A stretch of DNA of 64,000 nucleotides, from assembly GCA_010909165.1 (NCBI GenBank), contig VJWM01000116.1, positions 310,001 through 374,000 of the forward strand, in the 5' to 3' direction. This document shows positions 1 through 10,909 of this stretch, one piece after another. Position 1 is the first letter of the stretch. Each line of letters opens with the position of its first letter. A model generated the notes under the pieces. The model did not search any database and had not been told where the DNA came from. It saw only the letters and a list, made by a program, of their open reading frames with translations. The translations under genes and the position numbers were made by a program. This DNA comes from Anthoceros angustus (lineage: Eukaryota > Plantae > Anthocerotophyta).

Positions 1-2
1 CT

Positions 3-2597
3 CACAAACCGTCACCATCTAGGCAGTATGCACAGCGGAAGAAGCTAGAAGGTGCACGCCGAACTAAAATTGAAGATCTTCTGCAAAGGCAACCGGATGA
101 GGCTGACATGGTACCGAGGACAGACATGGATGTATCACCTCCTGTGTCTAGCAAGCTGGAGCACTCGGTGGTTTCGACGCCGAAAGTTGAGGAGGAAAAG
201 CTTCATTTCATGGTGAATGTTGTTCATCCCCAATTCAATTTACAATCTGAAGACGCCAAAGGGCGGTTCCTGCTAGCAGCAGCAAGTGGACGGGTCCTGG
301 CAAGGTCCTTCACTGTCCATTCTGCCTATAAACTGATGGAAGGAGTGCTGAAAAACGGTATTCCATCATCAGGGCCTGATCCCATGATACCATGGAAACG
401 CAGAGAGCTCTCCGTGTGGCTGGAACGTGTCCATGCTCATGTGGCTCCTTGTGACGTGGATTTAGGTGCCGGAATCCAATGGCTACCAAAAATACCTACA
501 AGAACGATAACTGACAGGACTGGCCCGCTTCTGGAGAGGGTGTTCATGCCTTGTTCGATGTACTTTCAGTACACACGTCACAAGGGTGACACTCCAGATT
601 GGAAGGCGAAATCTCTGAAGGAGCTTTCATTTAATTCCTCTAACATCATTGCGAATATGACATCTCGACAGTTTCAGGTCATGGTTGACATCATAGGTAA
701 TCTACTCCTTGCAAGGCTGCCAAAGCCAAGAAAAAACAGTTTCTTGCATCCCGATGAGGAAGACGAGGACGATGATACTGAGGAAGAGGCAGATGAAGTG
801 GTACCAGAGGGTGTGGAGGAAGTGGAACTTGCTCGCATCAGACTGGAACATACAGAGAGAAGGTGTCACCTGGTCTTTGATGATATAAGAACTATCAAGC
901 AGCGTAGAGGAAGTGAGGAGGAAGGGGAATGTGAGGACCTGGATGCTTTGGTGGAAAAGCTAGAACTTGATCATGCTAGCAAATGCAAGGCTCGACGAGC
1001 AGCAAGGACATCATTGAGAACTGCCCTTCAAAGGGCAGCACAGCAGCGGCTGATGGAGAAGGAAAAGAATAAGGCCCCCTCTGCAGCAATGAGCATTTCT
1101 TGGGCTATAGACCAAGTCGTTTGGAGCATGCTCCGGGATGGAAGAGCCTTTGCTGAAGCTGAGATAAGTGACATGATCTTGCATGTGGACCGTGATTTCA
1201 ATGATCATGGTGTTGCACTCTTCAGCATGAAGTCATTTGTTGTCCGGGACTGTCTCCTAAATGTGAAGTCAAATATGACTCATGCTTCATTGTTGTCTGC
1301 CTGGAATCCACCAGCCGATTGGGGTAGAAATTGTATGCTTAGGGTCTTTGCCAAGCAAGGTGTTCCGAAGGATGGACATTCACCACTGGAGCTTTTCGAA
1401 GTGGATGTATTTCCTTTGAAGATTCACCTGACTGAAGCCATGTACAGGATGATGTGGGCGTATTTTTTCCCTGAGGATGATCAGAACTCTCAGGAGCGGC
1501 AAGAGGCTCGAAGGCTTTCTGCAATATCTGTGTCAAAGCGTGTCAAATCCACAGCTCCCTCCATCGGGGACAAGGGACCAGAAGCACAGGGTGAGTCTCT
1601 GGCTAGGTCCGGCTCAGGAATGCAGAATACACAGTTTGGGCTGTTGGAGCATCTCTCAGCCAGGGAGGCCTATTGTTTATCCATTGATCAACCTTCAGAG
1701 GTCAGCAGACTTCAAGTGGGGCGAGGATCGGCCAGGCTGAAGGAGAAAGAGACAGAGAAGGAGGTGGAGAAGGAGAAAGAGAGACAGAAGGAGAAGGAGA
1801 AGGAAAAGGAAAAGGAAAAGGACAGTAGGAGGTCAAGCAGAGATCATAAGTCTGTCTCTCTGGAAGAAAAGGATGCTAGAGCTAGAAAGAGTTTCCTGGA
1901 GTTCCACAACATTAAGATTAGTCAGGTGGAGCTGATTGTAACATACGAGGGGTCAAGGTTTGCTGTCAATGATCTGCGCCTACTGATGGATGCATTTGCA
2001 CGTCCCGAGTTCACCGGATCTTGGCGCAGACTGTTTGCCCAGGTGAAAAAGCATATCATTTGGAGCGTGCTTAAGTCAGTGACGGGAATGCAGGGTAAGA
2101 AGTTCAAAGATAAGTTGCCAGCTCAAGATCAAGTGGACTCGAGTCGCTATGAAGTTTCTGATTCCAACTCCAGTGACAGTGGTGGGAGTAACTTAAAAGA
2201 CATTTATTCCCTGACACACCATAAGCGGCACAGTGATCGTGCGGGTGCAGCATTTGTGTCATCTGTGAAGGGGCTCTTCAATTCCCAGCGGAAAAAGGCA
2301 GTAGCACTGGTTCGGAGGACCATTCCAGGAGATGGAGATTTACAAGGTGACTGGAGCGAAGGTGAAGCAGAAAATATCTCTAAACACGGGAGTATGAGCA
2401 AGGCAAAGCAACTCTTTAGAACCCATGCGAATAAGCTTCCCTTCCTTCCGTCCAGAAGGCAAGCGAAGAAATTGCGTTCGACGATAAGGATTCATGGTGT
2501 GACTACCTTTGGGGACAGGTTGCATGTAGCCTCGTCTCATCCTTTCTCAGATGAGGAATCAGACGGATCTTCAACATATGAGAACCCAATGGAGTAG
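3..2597 (+). CDS. SAB: SABRE/KIP (FMP27/Hobbit/BLTP2 family) bridge-like lipid transfer protein, C-terminal ~865 aa; 5' end lies outside the window
   Basis: Frame is open from position 3 (HKPSPSRQYAQRK) to the stop at 2597. Recognised motifs HFMVNVVHPQFNL, SMYFQYTRHKG, EFHNIKISQVELIVTYEGSRF and KKHIIWSVLKSVTGMQGKKFKDK. No introns in this part. KE-rich low-complexity tract at ~1740-1820. Confidence 0.92.
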   Translation, partial: HKPSPSRQYAQRKKLEGARRTKIEDLLQRQPDEADMVPRTDMDVSPPVSSKLEHSVVSTPKVEEEKLHFMVNVVHPQFNLQSEDAKGRFLLAAASGRVLARSFTVHSAYKLMEGVLKNGIPSSGPDPMIPWKRRELSVWLERVHAHVAPCDVDLGAGIQWLPKIPTRTITDRTGPLLERVFMPCSMYFQYTRHKGDTPDWKAKSLKELSFNSSNIIANMTSRQFQVMVDIIGNLLLARLPKPRKNSFLHPDEEDEDDDTEEEADEVVPEGVEEVELARIRLEHTERRCHLVFDDIRTIKQRRGSEEEGECEDLDALVEKLELDHASKCKARRAARTSLRTALQRAAQQRLMEKEKNKAPSAAMSISWAIDQVVWSMLRDGRAFAEAEISDMILHVDRDFNDHGVALFSMKSFVVRDCLLNVKSNMTHASLLSAWNPPADWGRNCMLRVFAKQGVPKDGHSPLELFEVDVFPLKIHLTEAMYRMMWAYFFPEDDQNSQERQEARRLSAISVSKRVKSTAPSIGDKGPEAQGESLARSGSGMQNTQFGLLEHLSAREAYCLSIDQPSEVSRLQVGRGSARLKEKETEKEVEKEKERQKEKEKEKEKEKDSRRSSRDHKSVSLEEKDARARKSFLEFHNIKISQVELIVTYEGSRFAVNDLRLLMDAFARPEFTGSWRRLFAQVKKHIIWSVLKSVTGMQGKKFKDKLPAQDQVDSSRYEVSDSNSSDSGGSNLKDIYSLTHHKRHSDRAGAAFVSSVKGLFNSQRKKAVALVRRTIPGDGDLQGDWSEGEAENISKHGSMSKAKQLFRTHANKLPFLPSRRQAKKLRSTIRIHGVTTFGDRLHVASSHPFSDEESDGSSTYENPME

Positions 2598-3099
2598 TCG
2601 ACAACCGTGGCAAAGGTGTCATATGATGCGCGTGGTTTTAATGCACGTGTGGGTCTCGAGTATTGAAAAGTTGAGGCCGTTAGCATCCTTCTTCTAGACA
2701 GTGGTATGTACCTCTGATCCGCCCTAAGGTTGAATTCTCCTTTTATGTTCAGCATACATGTGGAATGGGGCTTTGTTGCTTTGATCGTTTTGGTTGCTGA
2801 ATCGTGGTTGATGGGTTGGTTTTGCCAGATGATGAAGGTGCACCTGCTGAAAGGCCAGTTTGTTGCAGCTATGTTGTACTAAGATTATGTTCTCTTGGCC
2901 GAAGAGGACGCTGTTCCAAATAGGAGAGAAGATGGTGTAGAACATTCTTTTAGGCTAAAGGCAAACCCTTTATCGGTTGACGGCACATTGTTTTCCGGAA
3001 CAGTTCAGCTGACTTCGTACCTTCAAATTTAGGGAGAAGCTAGCTCGTGTTCTGTTGAGAAATTCAGTGCCCACTTGAAGTTAATGTAATGGCTTTGAA

Positions 3100-3209
3100 G
3101 TGAAGCTCTGGATGAAGTTCATCACCTAAATTCCGGGAGCGAGTCTCGACTCGAATGAAACCCCAGACTGCAGCCCTAGAGTGAAGCTCTGGATGAAGTT
3201 CATCACCTA
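3100..3209. repeat. 29-bp direct repeat flanking a 37-bp copy of the F-box CDS 3' end
   Basis: GTGAAGCTCTGGATGAAGTTCATCACCTA occurs at 3100-3128 and 3181-3209. Positions 3141-3177 match 3265-3301 with 2 mismatches. Confidence 0.85.
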
Positions 3210-3240
3210 CCTCTCCTGTGGTTGTGGAGTCCAAGTGTCT

Positions 3241-4929
3241 TCAGAGCATGTAGAGATCCGCAGTGAGTCTCGGCTCGAATGAAATCCCAGACTGCAGCCC
3301 TTCATTCAGCTTATCATTCGGCAGAACCTCCCACAGGGCAGAAAGAAAGCTGTATCGCATTGCAATGCGGTGTCTCCCTTGTGTCCAAATCGGATATCTT
3401 GCAACCGTTACGTAGTTTTTGGCTCCAGTGACTGCAAACATGTCTCCGTCCATTTGGTGCCTCATCATTGCATCATACATTTGCACCTGCATCCAGTTCA
3501 TGCCCCGTCTGAGAACTCGATAAAACTTAGCTTAGGCCAGCTTACAGCATGATTTCAAAATTGAAATACTCACAGGCATGACAGTGGCTGTGTGCCAGGC
3601 GCCCTCTGACTTGTTGGCGTGGTCCTCGTGGATGAGCTGCCAAATAGTGATGGAGTTGGAGAAGCCTTCAGTGATCTCTGCAATGCAGAAAATATTGCCC
3701 TCTGATTCCACTAACGAAGACTCTCGCATGTCATTCTTCCACACTGCTGGCATGGGCACATGAATCTTGGACCAGGGTGTCCTATCAAACTCACGATTGC
3801 CTGCACAACAACAGACGTCCAGCTCAGTGCCATATTCTTGAATACGGGCAGATTAGATCCAGCCTGGCTGGTTGTGAATATTCAGCGACCTGCTGCACTT
3901 ACCAGGCACATCCAACTTTGGCAACTTGTAACAAAGAAGCCAATTCATTCTGGGATCCGATCCCTGCCAGTAACCCCAATACAGACTACCATTCCGTCTT
4001 ACACTGAAGCATACGCAGCTTCCGATGTTGAAGTCCTTGACATTGAATTTCTCTACCGTCCAGGCATCTGTGGCTGACCTATAAATCTGCACCTCTCCAA
4101 AACTGCCCACCGTCTTCCCCCCCGAATGCTGAGACCCAACAACTACCACGAAGAATTTCTTTGAATCCTTATCGGCAATCAGGCCCACCATGCGGTTCTT
4201 TTCCCCAGGCCCCAGCCTAATATTGGGATCTGGCAGCTTCCTAGAATTGGTAAAACAGAATGAGACTTACCGGAACTGCACGATCCTATAAATTGGAATT
4301 CAGTGCAACAACTACCCGTCTAACTTGTAACAAACAGAAAGTGTGGAGGACAGGAATCTTATTATTGCTGTGGGTTGCATCCTGATTCATTTCCTTCATC
4401 CCCCGGAACGCCTGCTTGACTTGCTCCCTAACACTCGGGACAGGATCCCACAAACAACATAGGGTTGAAAGCATTCACAATTTTTGCACTTGCCCTAAAG
4501 AGCTTACTTGTATGTCTTGGTGAGCGGATTATGCACGTAGAAGACAGGAAGGCGCCCACCCTTTTCGTAGTACATGAGCACCAGCCCCTCGTCCGACGCA
4601 ACGGGCACCAGCTTCTCAAACTCAGGTATGACTGAAATCTTGTGCAGCGCGTGGAACTTGTGCAAGTTGAGATCCAAAGCAAAGACCTCGGCGCTCTTGT
4701 GATTGATGGTGTAAAGCCATTGGTCGTCCGGCACCGCAGGGTACTTGACAACCTGGTCCAAAGCCAGCAGAAACTTCTTTGTGGCCACAAAATCGTTCCA
4801 GTTCTTGGTGGCGTTCTGGAACTGCGAGACGAGGCTCGGGTCCTTTTCCATCCATGACAGGATCAGGTTCTGAAGTGGCTTCGCGAGGTAGGGGAACCAC
4901 ATGGACGCCACGACCTGCGTTTTAGACAT
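3241..4929 (-). CDS. F-box protein with a C-terminal kelch/FBA-like beta-propeller; 4 exons (approx. 4929-4508, 4240-3903, 3800-3574, 3487-3241)
   Basis: F-box-like start (WFPYLAKPLQNLILSWM...TKNWNDFVATKKF), VHNPLTKTYKKLP motif, QIYRSATDAW and the typical terminal ISFEPRLTA. GT-AG introns join the exons in frame when checked by hand. Confidence 0.8.
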
Positions 4930-5124
4930 TCTCCACGCACTCCAGCGCCAGCGGATTTCAGTGCCGCGCTGTTCTCTGTCCTCTCGCGGGCAGACTTCCC
5001 AGAGGTGTACATGTACGTACCTACCCACCCATGAGAGACATAAGCGAGATGAGGAACACGAAGAAGAGAATGTGCAGTAAGGCTCGAACGACGATGACCC
5101 CAACGGGAAAGGGGGCCTCCAAGA

Positions 5125-5619
5125 TCACTTGAAGGGGAGCCTGGACTCGCATTTCCGACTCGTGAACCTGCTCATAAAAAGTATGATCGAACCAACGATT
5201 AACCACCCAAGGGTCATGGTCCAAGGACCGTGAAAGCCAACCGCCGTGCTGACGTGGCCGCCGGCGGACACATCATCCGTTGGCATCGATGTCATGGAGG
5301 CCAAGCTCGCATCCCACGTAGCCCGGGTCTGGGCTTGATTGAAGTAAAAAGACCCCTCCGGAGTGAGGACGGCAAGACACTTGTCGATAATTATTTGTTT
5401 CTCGCCATCGGAGTCGACAAGCTTGATTTTATTTCGTCCAGGTTCAGTGGATTCCTTCCTAGCTGGTTGCACATTGTCATCTCCTTGGTCACTCCGCCAA
5501 CAAGGGAGGGCCAGTAATCCTGAATATCTGCAGCTGTGCTGCCTGCTCCTCAACAAGAAAGAAGAAGCTGCAACCGAGGACAAGCAAGCAAACAGTACCA
5601 GTGTCCAAGAGCTCTGCAT
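5125..5619 (-). CDS. Possible small secreted, membrane- or GPI-anchored orphan protein (164 aa)
   Basis: From ATG 5619: signal-peptide-like MQSSWTLVLFACLSSVAAS, an S/T-rich linker and a hydrophobic tail (WTMTLGWLIVGSIILFM). No family recognised. Confidence 0.35.
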   Translation of the reverse strand: MQSSWTLVLFACLSSVAASSFLLRSRQHSCRYSGLLALPCWRSDQGDDNVQPARKESTEPGRNKIKLVDSDGEKQIIIDKCLAVLTPEGSFYFNQAQTRATWDASLASMTSMPTDDVSAGGHVSTAVGFHGPWTMTLGWLIVGSIILFMSRFTSRKCESRLPFK

Positions 5620-6239
5620 CTGCAATTCTTTAGAAGCTACCTCCTGGCCACCACAGCACATATAAGAAGGAACGGGAAGCTGCAGTCTGGTGTTGGACTT
5701 CTGGAGGAGGAAGAAACAGCACTCAGCTCCAGGTATTCTCTGATAGCACTCTCGGGAGAAGACTACATCATCCCCTCCCATTTGAACATTCAAACGTCAC
5801 CGGCCACTATGCACGGAATTCGAACGTCCGCGCCAGTGAAGGCGAGCTGAATGTCATTATCGTGCCGAGGCCACATGTTCCACTCAATCAACTATGCCGA
5901 GAGTAGTGTCGACAGGGAGTCGTTGAATCTGCTCCAATCTCGGCATTCAAGCGCTTGGTTTGGCAAGTTCGATCAAGGCAACTTAGGCCATCTCATTCTC
6001 AGCCGGGCGCACCTCGTGTGATTCACTCGGTATGCTGCAATGCAATGCTGTTTGTGATGTGCTAGGGTTGCTTTAGAAGATTGCAAGATTCGTCACTGAT
6101 CTCTCCAGTCAATTCATGCCGCCCTGGACGTTGTCTGGATGGTGTGGTTGGATATCACGCTTGTCTCACGCAGTAGAGATCTTCAATTCGAGCCCGGGTT
6201 CAGACGTTTGCAATTCATGCCGCCCTAACCTCGCATCCT

Positions 6240-7703
6240 ATGCAGATACAAATCATGCCATCCCCGAAGGGGAGCTCGCATTACGCCTCATCACAGGTCC
6301 TGAAGCTCCCTCTCTTCGTGGCTGTCCTGCTTCTGCTTCTGTCTTGTGGCATATCGGCTGCAGCCGGCCGGCCTCCGCCAGCGCCGGCGCCAGGGGGAGA
6401 GGCAGACGTAGTGCACGACTACTACTGCGCACAAGGACGGGGACAGGGACCAGGAGGTGGCGTCAGCGTCGTGACATTCATAATCACGGCCACGGCGGCC
6501 ATGGTTCTGGGAGCCGCCATCGCGGCCGGGCTCTGCTGCTGGTGCTGCTGGGATGCTTTCAAGCAGCTCGCCCGCAAGCATCACCGCCGCCGCAAGAAGC
6601 TGCAGTCGGAAGCCTCCCGCACCTTCGAATACGACTCTCCGAGATCCTTCAGATCTTACACGCTCAACGCCTTCAACTTCGAGGACATCAAGGCGGCCAC
6701 CAACAACTTCGCGGACGACCACATCGTCGGCGTCGGCGCCTTCGGATGCGTCTACCGCGGGCGGCTGCACGACGGCTCGCTCATCGCCGTGAAGCGATTC
6801 AAGAACTGCTCTCCGGACGGGGACGCGGAGTTCGTGAACGAGGCGCACATGATCAGCTCGGTGCGGCACAGGAACCTGGTGGTTCTTCGAGGATCGTGCG
6901 TGGCTCGGGAAGGGGACGACAGCGGCCATGGCCACCAGCGTCTCCTGGTCTACGACTACATGGCCAACGGGAGCCTGGACGACATGCTGACGGACAAGAC
7001 CCGGCCGGCGCTGTCCTGGGAGCAGAGGCGGCGCATCGCCATCGGCACGGGGCGGGCCATCTGCTACCTCCACAGAGGAGCCAAGCCCGCCATCATCCAC
7101 CGCGACGTGAAGGGGAGCAACATCCTCCTGGACGAGCAGTTTTGCCCTAGGCTGGCGGACTTCGGGCTGGCCAAGGTGACGCCCGAGGGGGCATCGCATC
7201 TCACCACCAGGGTTGCGGGAACATACGGCTACGTCGCGCCGGAGTACGCCATGTACGGCCGGCTGACGGAGAGGTCGGACGTGTACAGCTTCGGGGTGGT
7301 TTTGCTGGAGCTGCTTACGGGGATGTGCGTCCTGGTTGGGAAGAGCACGGCTGCGGCCAGGACGCCGCAGCCTTGTTTGTGCCTGGCTCCGCCCTGCTTG
7401 CTGCCGGATTGGGTCTGGGCGATGATGAAGCGGGGGAGCTTGTTGGAGGTGGTGGATCCGCGGATTAGGGCAGATCTGAGCTCCGAGGAGGTGGCGGAGG
7501 TGGAGAGGTTCATTCAGATAGGGTTGTTGTGCGCGCACCCGCACATGAGCAACCGGCCTACCATGCACCAGGCGCTCAGGATGCTGGAGGGGGACGCACC
7601 CTTGCCACACACCCTGCCTGACCGGCCCTTGCCGCTCAACTCCAAGGGCCAGCTTGAGGATGATTTGAAGCTGCTTGCTGCCGCTACTGGTCCCTCTGGT
7701 TGA
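6240..7703 (+). CDS. Intronless RKF3-like receptor-like kinase with a very short ectodomain
   Basis: Signal peptide, ~30-aa ectodomain, TM helix, then an intact kinase (GVGAFG, IAVK, HRDVKGSN, DFG, GTYGYVAPEY). KRFKNCS...GHQRLLV is characteristic of the RKF3 subfamily. Confidence 0.88.
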   Translation: MQIQIMPSPKGSSHYASSQVLKLPLFVAVLLLLLSCGISAAAGRPPPAPAPGGEADVVHDYYCAQGRGQGPGGGVSVVTFIITATAAMVLGAAIAAGLCCWCCWDAFKQLARKHHRRRKKLQSEASRTFEYDSPRSFRSYTLNAFNFEDIKAATNNFADDHIVGVGAFGCVYRGRLHDGSLIAVKRFKNCSPDGDAEFVNEAHMISSVRHRNLVVLRGSCVAREGDDSGHGHQRLLVYDYMANGSLDDMLTDKTRPALSWEQRRRIAIGTGRAICYLHRGAKPAIIHRDVKGSNILLDEQFCPRLADFGLAKVTPEGASHLTTRVAGTYGYVAPEYAMYGRLTERSDVYSFGVVLLELLTGMCVLVGKSTAAARTPQPCLCLAPPCLLPDWVWAMMKRGSLLEVVDPRIRADLSSEEVAEVERFIQIGLLCAHPHMSNRPTMHQALRMLEGDAPLPHTLPDRPLPLNSKGQLEDDLKLLAAATGPSG

Positions 7704-10602
7704 GAGAGACCGAGCGACCTTGTCTTCAGTCCATGTAATGTATGTATGTATGTCCATCGTTATGTCTATCACAGAAAGAGGGGAGCTTGTGATGATTCAG
7801 CTGCGAGCAAGCGCGTGGAGGGAATGGGGTACGTATAGACATGGCTTCCATGCCATGGCGATGAGATATGTACGTGCATCCTTTGGCGAGTGAGAGAAAT
7901 TAAATTGCATGGCATTTAGATAACAAACTAATAGACCTGCAAGGTTCTATAGAGGTGGCACCAAGAAGCTCCGTGAAGGGTAAGACTTGAGAGCCCTCCC
8001 TCGTCTTTTGTACATATTTCTTCTGCTTCATGTTGTTTCGCTAAAATCGGCCTCCCTTCTCTTGGTTGTCACCTACGTTTCCATGTCTGGCCACTAGCAA
8101 GACGTCTCGGACCCTCTCAAGACGTCTCGGACCCTCTTTTCATCCCGAGTTGCCTCTTCCATCATTCCCGAATTCACCAAATACCTCACACATTGTACTA
8201 AAATCTTACTTATATTATGATCTAAAAACTAGCTCAATCAGTAAAGATTATATACCACTGCAAAAGTTTAGACATAACTCAATAAAAAAAGATAAAACTT
8301 TTTCTTAATAATCAGTACTCAAAGCTTTTATAGAATTTAAAATTAATTAATATAATATTATTTTATTAAAATATAAATTAAAAAGACTTTTCATCCTTTT
8401 GATGTATGTGCTCCTCTTGGGAGTTTTGGTATTGTTTTCTTCTTGTGGACTGTGATTCTCCTAGTGTATATCTTCCGCTCCTAAACCATGACCCTCTCGC
8501 TACATGTTTTCTTCTCGAGGACCATGGTATATCTCCTCTTCTTGAATGTCAAGATTTCTTTAGTCACCGGGTATATTTTCTTCATATATATTCATTTCGT
8601 TTGTACTTTATTCCATCAGATCCGTTACCCAGTTGGTTAATCTCCAGGATGTTAACAAATGACATGAAAATATTGAATATGTACACATCTAATTCAAAAG
8701 GGTTCAAGGCACCATAAAAGTCCATTCAAGAAATGTCTCCACTCATGTAACAGTGGCTAGTCGAGAGAGAGCATCACTTGCCTTGTTTTGTTCCCCTTAT
8801 ATATGCCGGATGGTGAAATTGCTTGATTTAATGGGAAGTGTCACGTTTGGTGAGATTTTCACATTTTCCACTTTCACAAACTTGGTTGTGGTGGTGGTGT
8901 GATATTTAGTTATTGTGGATTAACAATATACAATTATTGTCTACATCCATAGCAAGAATTATGATTCATGGTAGAAAGTTGAAGATCTAAATGTGCTTTA
9001 CATAAAGGACAAGTACTTCCATAAAAAGCCCATGTAACAATGCAACTAATATGAAACTGCTTCCTACACGCGGAACATGCTCAATTACATTGGCAAATGT
9101 TTAATTCAATTTCCTCTAATGGATGGCAACTAAGACTTCTGATGTCCTTTCTATCTCTTCGAAAGATTGACGAGAAAGGTGTATTTATCTAGTGATAAAT
9201 TCTTCATATACGAATAAATCACTAACCATATATACACTAAAAAAAATTAAGTAGTAGCGATCTATATATACATATAACTCAAACCTATTACAAGTAAATA
9301 ACGACTTCATACATCTCCACCCACATTTCTTTATATTCTCTCTCCCTCTAACCCTCTGACACAATCAACAGATAACTCATATATTTTATATCAATTTATT
9401 TGAGAGGTGTGTGTTAACTCCAAAAGACTTTAATCTTGGTTCTATAAACTCAACCTTATCATGAGTCAACGGAAATCATAAAAGCCTAAATTAAGTTCTT
9501 AAGAGCCTTATAAAATGAATGACAACCTTACAAAATGAATGACGATGCGCCCTCCAACAAGTGGGGCCCACCACCAATGCCTTCCTTGTGGTATGTCTCC
9601 ACATGACCCCATGCACGATCTCGAGCGTATAGCGTGAGTCCGGGCCTAGGTTCAGCAAGCAGGCCGGTTATAGGGTAACACGCTAGCACAAGCACATGCC
9701 TCCTCGGTTATGTAAGAAAAAATACAAAGTTTCTTCACTTCAGAAAATATGTATTCTGAAAGTGAAAATCAACATGTTCAAGGATGCAGTCGATATTCTC
9801 CACTTTTCATATTTACTGAGCTAGGTATTTTATTTCTCGATTACCTAGCTCTTTATATCTGAATACCTACTCTGAATACCGTACCCTGGAGAATAAGTGG
9901 ACACCGTTTTGAAACGCCAGTCGCCCATGTACGTACACGAAAGGGAAACGTGTACATATCTACGTGCAAGTCGATTCAGATTCGACCCTACCGTGGATAC
10001 TATTTAGTCTAATTTACAGACTGGCACGGGAATCACAGCTGCGACTATACCCAGTCGACGTGACGAATTCGTAGCTGGAAGCTCGTTGCGCAGCTAAATA
10101 GGATCCACCGTACTTGTCTCACACTACAGGCGGTAGAGCAGAGTGAGCACTTGGGCAGCATCACACACATACATACTCTGCACCCGATCCAAAGCCATCC
10201 ACAATCGACCGTCTCGTCAGGGGGATCGTCGCTTGGCCAGGCTTAGGTCCTTGCCACTTGATCTGAGACGTTGACGAATGTCTGTGCCTGGCTGGCCCCA
10301 CAACTGCGCTGACCTGCCTGGTGCCAAATACAAGCAAGGGTAGATAATCCTGGAATTTATTGAGGCTAAGACACATGGTTTCATTAGTAGAAACTGCTTG
10401 AACAAACAGGTACCTCAAAAGTGCACTTGTATGCCTGACGATGCAGGTACCAAGTGATTTTCTACCCTGAAAAACGTTCAAGAGACACCGAGGGGATCGC
10501 TGGTCTCTCGTTTGAGACTTCAAAGCTCGAGAAATCACCAACTGGCTGGCTCATAGACTTGAAGCAGATAAGCTTCTTCCCCAGTAGAATGTCCCCAGCT
10601 CC

Positions 10603-10668
10603 TGCTTCCACCATATCTCCACATTTTGCATACATGTCCAGAAGCGTGTTACCAACAAAAGGGTCTGT
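10603..10668 (-). pseudogene. 66-bp inverted copy of an internal segment of the PPR gene at 11.4-14.6 kb
   Basis: Reverse complement matches 12905-12970 at 64/66 and encodes TDPFVGNTLLDMYAKCGDMVEA. Flanks are unrelated. Confidence 0.9.
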
Positions 10669-10909
10669 CTCCACAGCCGGGTAGATTCCATGCCGATCTG
10701 AACCAAAACCCTATTCAACACCATCCCGTACATCAAGCAGGAGCACTTGGGACCCATCACGTAAGTCGGAGGTCCAGGATGCATACCTGATAAGTGCTCG
10801 AGAACCAGCGATGACAAGGACTCGGTGCCAGAGAAGATAGCGGAAACCTAGCAACAAGACAAACGGCCAGATGCTCCACGATGACTATGACGATGATGAC
10901 GCTGGTAGA

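Noticed and set aside
6116-7772. Long overlapping ORFs (6116-7150 +, 6291-7772 -) and similar ones over PPRs, RCA-like, FKBP19, the EPDR-like gene (14653-15282 -) and JmjC
   Set aside because: Shadow frames of GC-rich real genes; low-complexity translations with no recognisable motifs.
8100-10100. AT-rich interval with small duplications (e.g. 20 bp x 2 at ~8101) as a MITE or Helitron
   Set aside because: No TIRs, TSD or terminal signatures could be identified.
10140-10150. AGAGTGAGCAC resembles the 3' half of miR156
   Set aside because: Only 11 nt match and no precursor hairpin; expected by chance.
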